A program made the translations under genes and the position numbers. Below the pieces are notes generated by a model that searched no databases, was not told the origin of the DNA, and saw only the letters and a program-made list of their open reading frames with translations. Of a stretch of 64,000 nt of DNA, positions 61,001-64,000 are shown piece after piece (positions within the stretch are counted from its first letter, which is position 1; each line of letters opens with the position of its first letter). Source of the stretch: Eledone cirrhosa (taxonomy: Eukaryota); contig CAXHJY010000161.1 of NCBI GenBank assembly GCA_964016885.1, positions 186,001-250,000 on the forward strand, given 5' to 3'.

Positions 61001-64000
61001 ACTGGCACTGACACAGAAAACAGCAACAACTACAACAACACTGGCACTGACACAGAAAACAGCAACAACAACAACACTGGCACTGACACAGAAAACAGCA
61101 ACAACAACAACACTGGCACTGACAGAGAAAACAGCAACAACAACACCGGCACTGACACAGAAAACAGCAACAACTACAACAACACTGGCACTGACAGAGA
61201 AAACAGCAACAACTACAACAACACTGGCACTGACAGAGAAAACAGCAACAACTACAACAACACTGGCACTGACACTGAAAAAAGCAACAACTACAACAAC
61301 ACTGGCACTGACACAGAAAACAGCAACAACTACAACATCACTGGCAGTGACACAGAAAACAGCAACAACAACAACACTGGCACTGACACAGAAAACAGCA
61401 ACAACAAAAACACTGGCACTGACAGAGAAAACAGCAACAACAACAACACCGGCACTGACACAGAAAACAGCAACAACTACAACAACACTGGCACTGACAG
61501 ATAAAACAGCAACAACTACAACAACACTGGCACTGACAGAGAAAACAGCAACATCAACAACACTGGCACTGACACAGAAAACAGTAACAACTACAACAAC
61601 ACTGGCACTAACACAGAAAACAGCAACAACTACAACATCACTGGCACTGACAGAGAAAACAGCAACAGCAACAACACTGGCACTGACAGTGAAAATAGCA
61701 ACAACAACAACACTGGCACTGACACAGAAAACAGCAACAACAACACTGGCACTGACACAGAAAACAGCAACAACTACAACAACACTGGCACTGACAGAGA
61801 AAACAGCAACAACTACAACACTGGCACTGACAGAGAAAACAGCAACAACAACAACAACACTGACACTGACAGAGAAAACAGCAACAACTACAACAACACT
61901 GGCACTGACACAGAAAACAGCAACAACTACAACAACACTGGCACTGACAGAGAAAACAGCAACAACTACAACAACACTGGCACTGACAGAGAAAACAGCA
62001 ACAAAAACAACACTGGCACTGACACAGAAAACAGCAACAATTACAACAACACTGGCACTGACAGAGAAACCAGCAACAACTACAACAACACTGGCACAGA
62101 CAGAGAAAACAGCAACAACTACAACAACACTGGCACTGACAGAGAAAACAGCAACAACGACAACACTGGCACTGACACAGAAAACAGCAACAACTACAAC
62201 AACACTGACACTGACAGTGAAAATAGCAACAACAACACTGGCACTGACACAGAAAACAGCAACAACAACAACACTGGCACTGACACAGAAAACAGCAACA
62301 ACAGCAACAACAGTGGCACTGACACAGAAAACAGCAACAATTACAACAACACTGGTACTGACAGAGAAAACATCAACAACAAAAACACTGGCACTGACAC
62401 AGAAAACAGCAACAACTACAACAACACTGGCACTGACAGAGAAAACAGCAACAACTACAACAACACTGGCACTGACAGAGAAAACAGCAACAACTACAAC
62501 AACACTGGCACTGACACAGAAAACAGCAACAACTACAACAACACTGGCACTGACACAGAAAACAGCAACAACAACACTGGCACTGACAGAGAAAACAGCA
62601 ACAACAACACTGGCACTGACAGAGAAAACAGCAACAACGACAACACTGGCACAGACACAGAAAACAGCAACAACAACAGTGGCACTGACACAGAAAACAG
62701 CAACAACTACAACAACACTGGCACTGACAGAGAAAACAGCAACAACAACAACACTGGCACTGACACAGAAAACAGAAACAACTACAACAACATTGGCACT
62801 GACAGAGAAAGCAGCAACAACTACAACAACACTGGCACTGACAGAGAAAACAGCAACAGCAACCATACTGGCACTGACACAGAAAACAGCAACAACTACA
62901 ACAACACTGGCACTAACACAGAAAACAGCAACAACTACAACATCACTGGCACTGACAGAGAAAACAGCAACAGCAACAACACTGGCACTGACAGTGAAGA
63001 TAGCAACAACACCAACACTGGCACTGACACAGAAAACAGCAACAACAACAACACTGGCACTGACACAGAAAACAGCAACAACTACAACAACACTGGCATT
63101 GACAGAGAAAACAGCAACAACAACAACACTGGCACTGACAGTGAAAATAGCAACAACAACACTGGCACTGACAGAGAAAACAGCAACAACAACAACAACA
63201 CTGGCACTGACACAGAAAACAGCAACAACTACAACACTGGCACTGACAGAGAAAACAGCAACAACAACAACACTGGCACTGACAAAGAAAACAGCAACAA
63301 CTACAACAACACTGGCACTGACACAGAAAACAGCAACAACTACAACAAAACTGGCACTGACAGAGAAAACAGCAACAACTACAACAACACTGGCACTGAC
63401 AGAGAAAACAGCAACAACACTGGCACTGACACAGAAAACAGCAACAACACTGGCACTGACACAGAAAACAGCAGCAACAAAAACACTGGCACTGACAGAG
63501 AAAACAGCAACAACAACAACACTGGCACTGACAGAGAAAACAGCAACAACAACAACACCGGCACTGACACAGAAAACAGCAACAACTACAACAACACTGG
63601 CACTGACAGAGAAAACAGCAACAATTACAACAACACTGGCACTGACAGAGAAAACAGCAACAACAACAACACTGGCACTGACACAGAAAACAGCAACAAC
63701 TACAACACTGGCACTGACAGAGAAAACAGCAACAACTACAACAACACTGCCACTGACAGAGAAAACAGCAACAGCAACAACACTGGCACTGACACAGAAA
63801 ACAGCAACAACAGCAACAACAACACTGGCACTGACACAGAAAACAGCAACAACAACACTGGCACTGACACAGAAAACAGCAACAACTACAACAACACTGG
63901 CACTGACAGAGAAAACAGCAACAACTACAACAACACTGGCACTGACACAGAAAACAGCAACAACTACAACAACACTGGCACTGACAGAGAAAACAGCAAC
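55083..64000 (+). other. Stop-free Thr-rich reading frame (LALT[Q/E]KTATTTTT)n running off the window; coding status unsupported
   Basis: No stop was seen in this frame after the TAA ending at 55082. There is no signal peptide, domain or unique sequence, and the same frame carries 14 TAA stops upstream. The confidence value refers to it being truly coding. Confidence 0.1.
59100..64000. repeat. Diverged, less homogenised zone of the same repeat (probable older layer or array flank)
   Basis: No CAGTAAAC, ACTAAAAC or GGCACGGAAA markers occur here. Many variants are not seen upstream (GCTCTGG 59730, GAGGAAAC 60108, GCAATGAC 60441, GAGAATAC 60828, ACATCACT 61335, ACCATACT 62862, GAAGATAG 62996). 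Confidence 0.8.

Larger units (their letters stand above)
1..64000. repeat. Tandem satellite/minisatellite array with a 39-bp consensus monomer CTGGCACTGACA(C/G)AGAAAACAGCAACAACTACAACAACA; runs off both window ends
   Basis: The monomer is visible on every line in the same orientation, with no inversion or insertion of unique DNA. Length variants differ by ACA triplets. Consensus composition (C form) is 19 A, 12 C, 5 G, 3 T. Confidence 0.98.

Noticed and set aside
27494-62866. 11,790-aa Val-rich minus-strand ORF (also 1116..16376 and 18315..21488)
   Set aside because: Its codons (GTT, GTA, GCT, TTC, TGT/TCT, GTC, AGT, GCC) offer only one single-step route to a stop (TGT>TGA, seen at 18315 and 25773), so openness is expected by chance. 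The product would be an implausible, almost wholly hydrophobic polymer, and its ends are set by a variant ATG and a likely sequencing frameshift.
1385-63585. Short Leu-rich minus ORFs (MLLFS...) resembling signal peptides or membrane proteins
   Set aside because: They appear wherever consecutive monomers lack the CTA (antisense TAG), so they are cassette markers rather than genes.
1-64000. CRISPR array
   Set aside because: There are no unique spacers, since the variable part is only (ACA)n length. No leader or cas genes are present.
1-64000. Product of templated synthesis (telomerase-like, or DRT2-type rolling-circle reverse transcription giving an endless ORF)
   Set aside because: Repeated copying of one short template would not transmit ordered private variants in multi-kb blocks. 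The pattern indicates DNA-level duplication, and no RT or template locus is in the window.
1-64000. Pure sequencing or amplification artefact
   Set aside because: Nested duplications of differing divergence and a diverged zone imply evolutionary history. Individual perfect duplications could still be assembly errors.
1-64000. Promoters, terminators, structured RNA or G-quadruplexes
   Set aside because: There are no substantial inverted repeats, no G-tracts on either strand in the consensus, and no unique sequence to support such calls.

Overview
The whole 64 kb is one uninterrupted head-to-tail tandem array (satellite/minisatellite-like DNA, roughly 1,700 monomers by length estimate). The consensus monomer is 39 bp, CTGGCACTGACA(C/G)AGAAAACAGCAACAACTACAACAACA, with 30/33/36/42-bp and longer variants produced mainly by gain or loss of ACA triplets. 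I see no unique sequence, recognisable gene, RNA gene, mobile element or CRISPR array. Rare monomer variants reveal nested structure: a recurring marker cassette about every 2 kb (27 copies counted), tandem block duplications of 4,341, about 7,419 and 7,488 bp, longer-range dispersed copies, and a more diverged, apparently older zone after about 59.1 kb. The giant ORFs (Thr-rich, Val-rich, Cys-rich) are best explained as by-products of a 3n-length repeat. The main hints of coding constraint are near-total frame conservation, one compensating -2/-1 indel pair, and TAA-only stops in two + frames. These hints are weak and need RNA or protein data. The source organism cannot be determined from the sequence; a eukaryotic origin is an inference. 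Coordinates and counts were read by eye or taken from the ORF track, so block boundaries are approximate.
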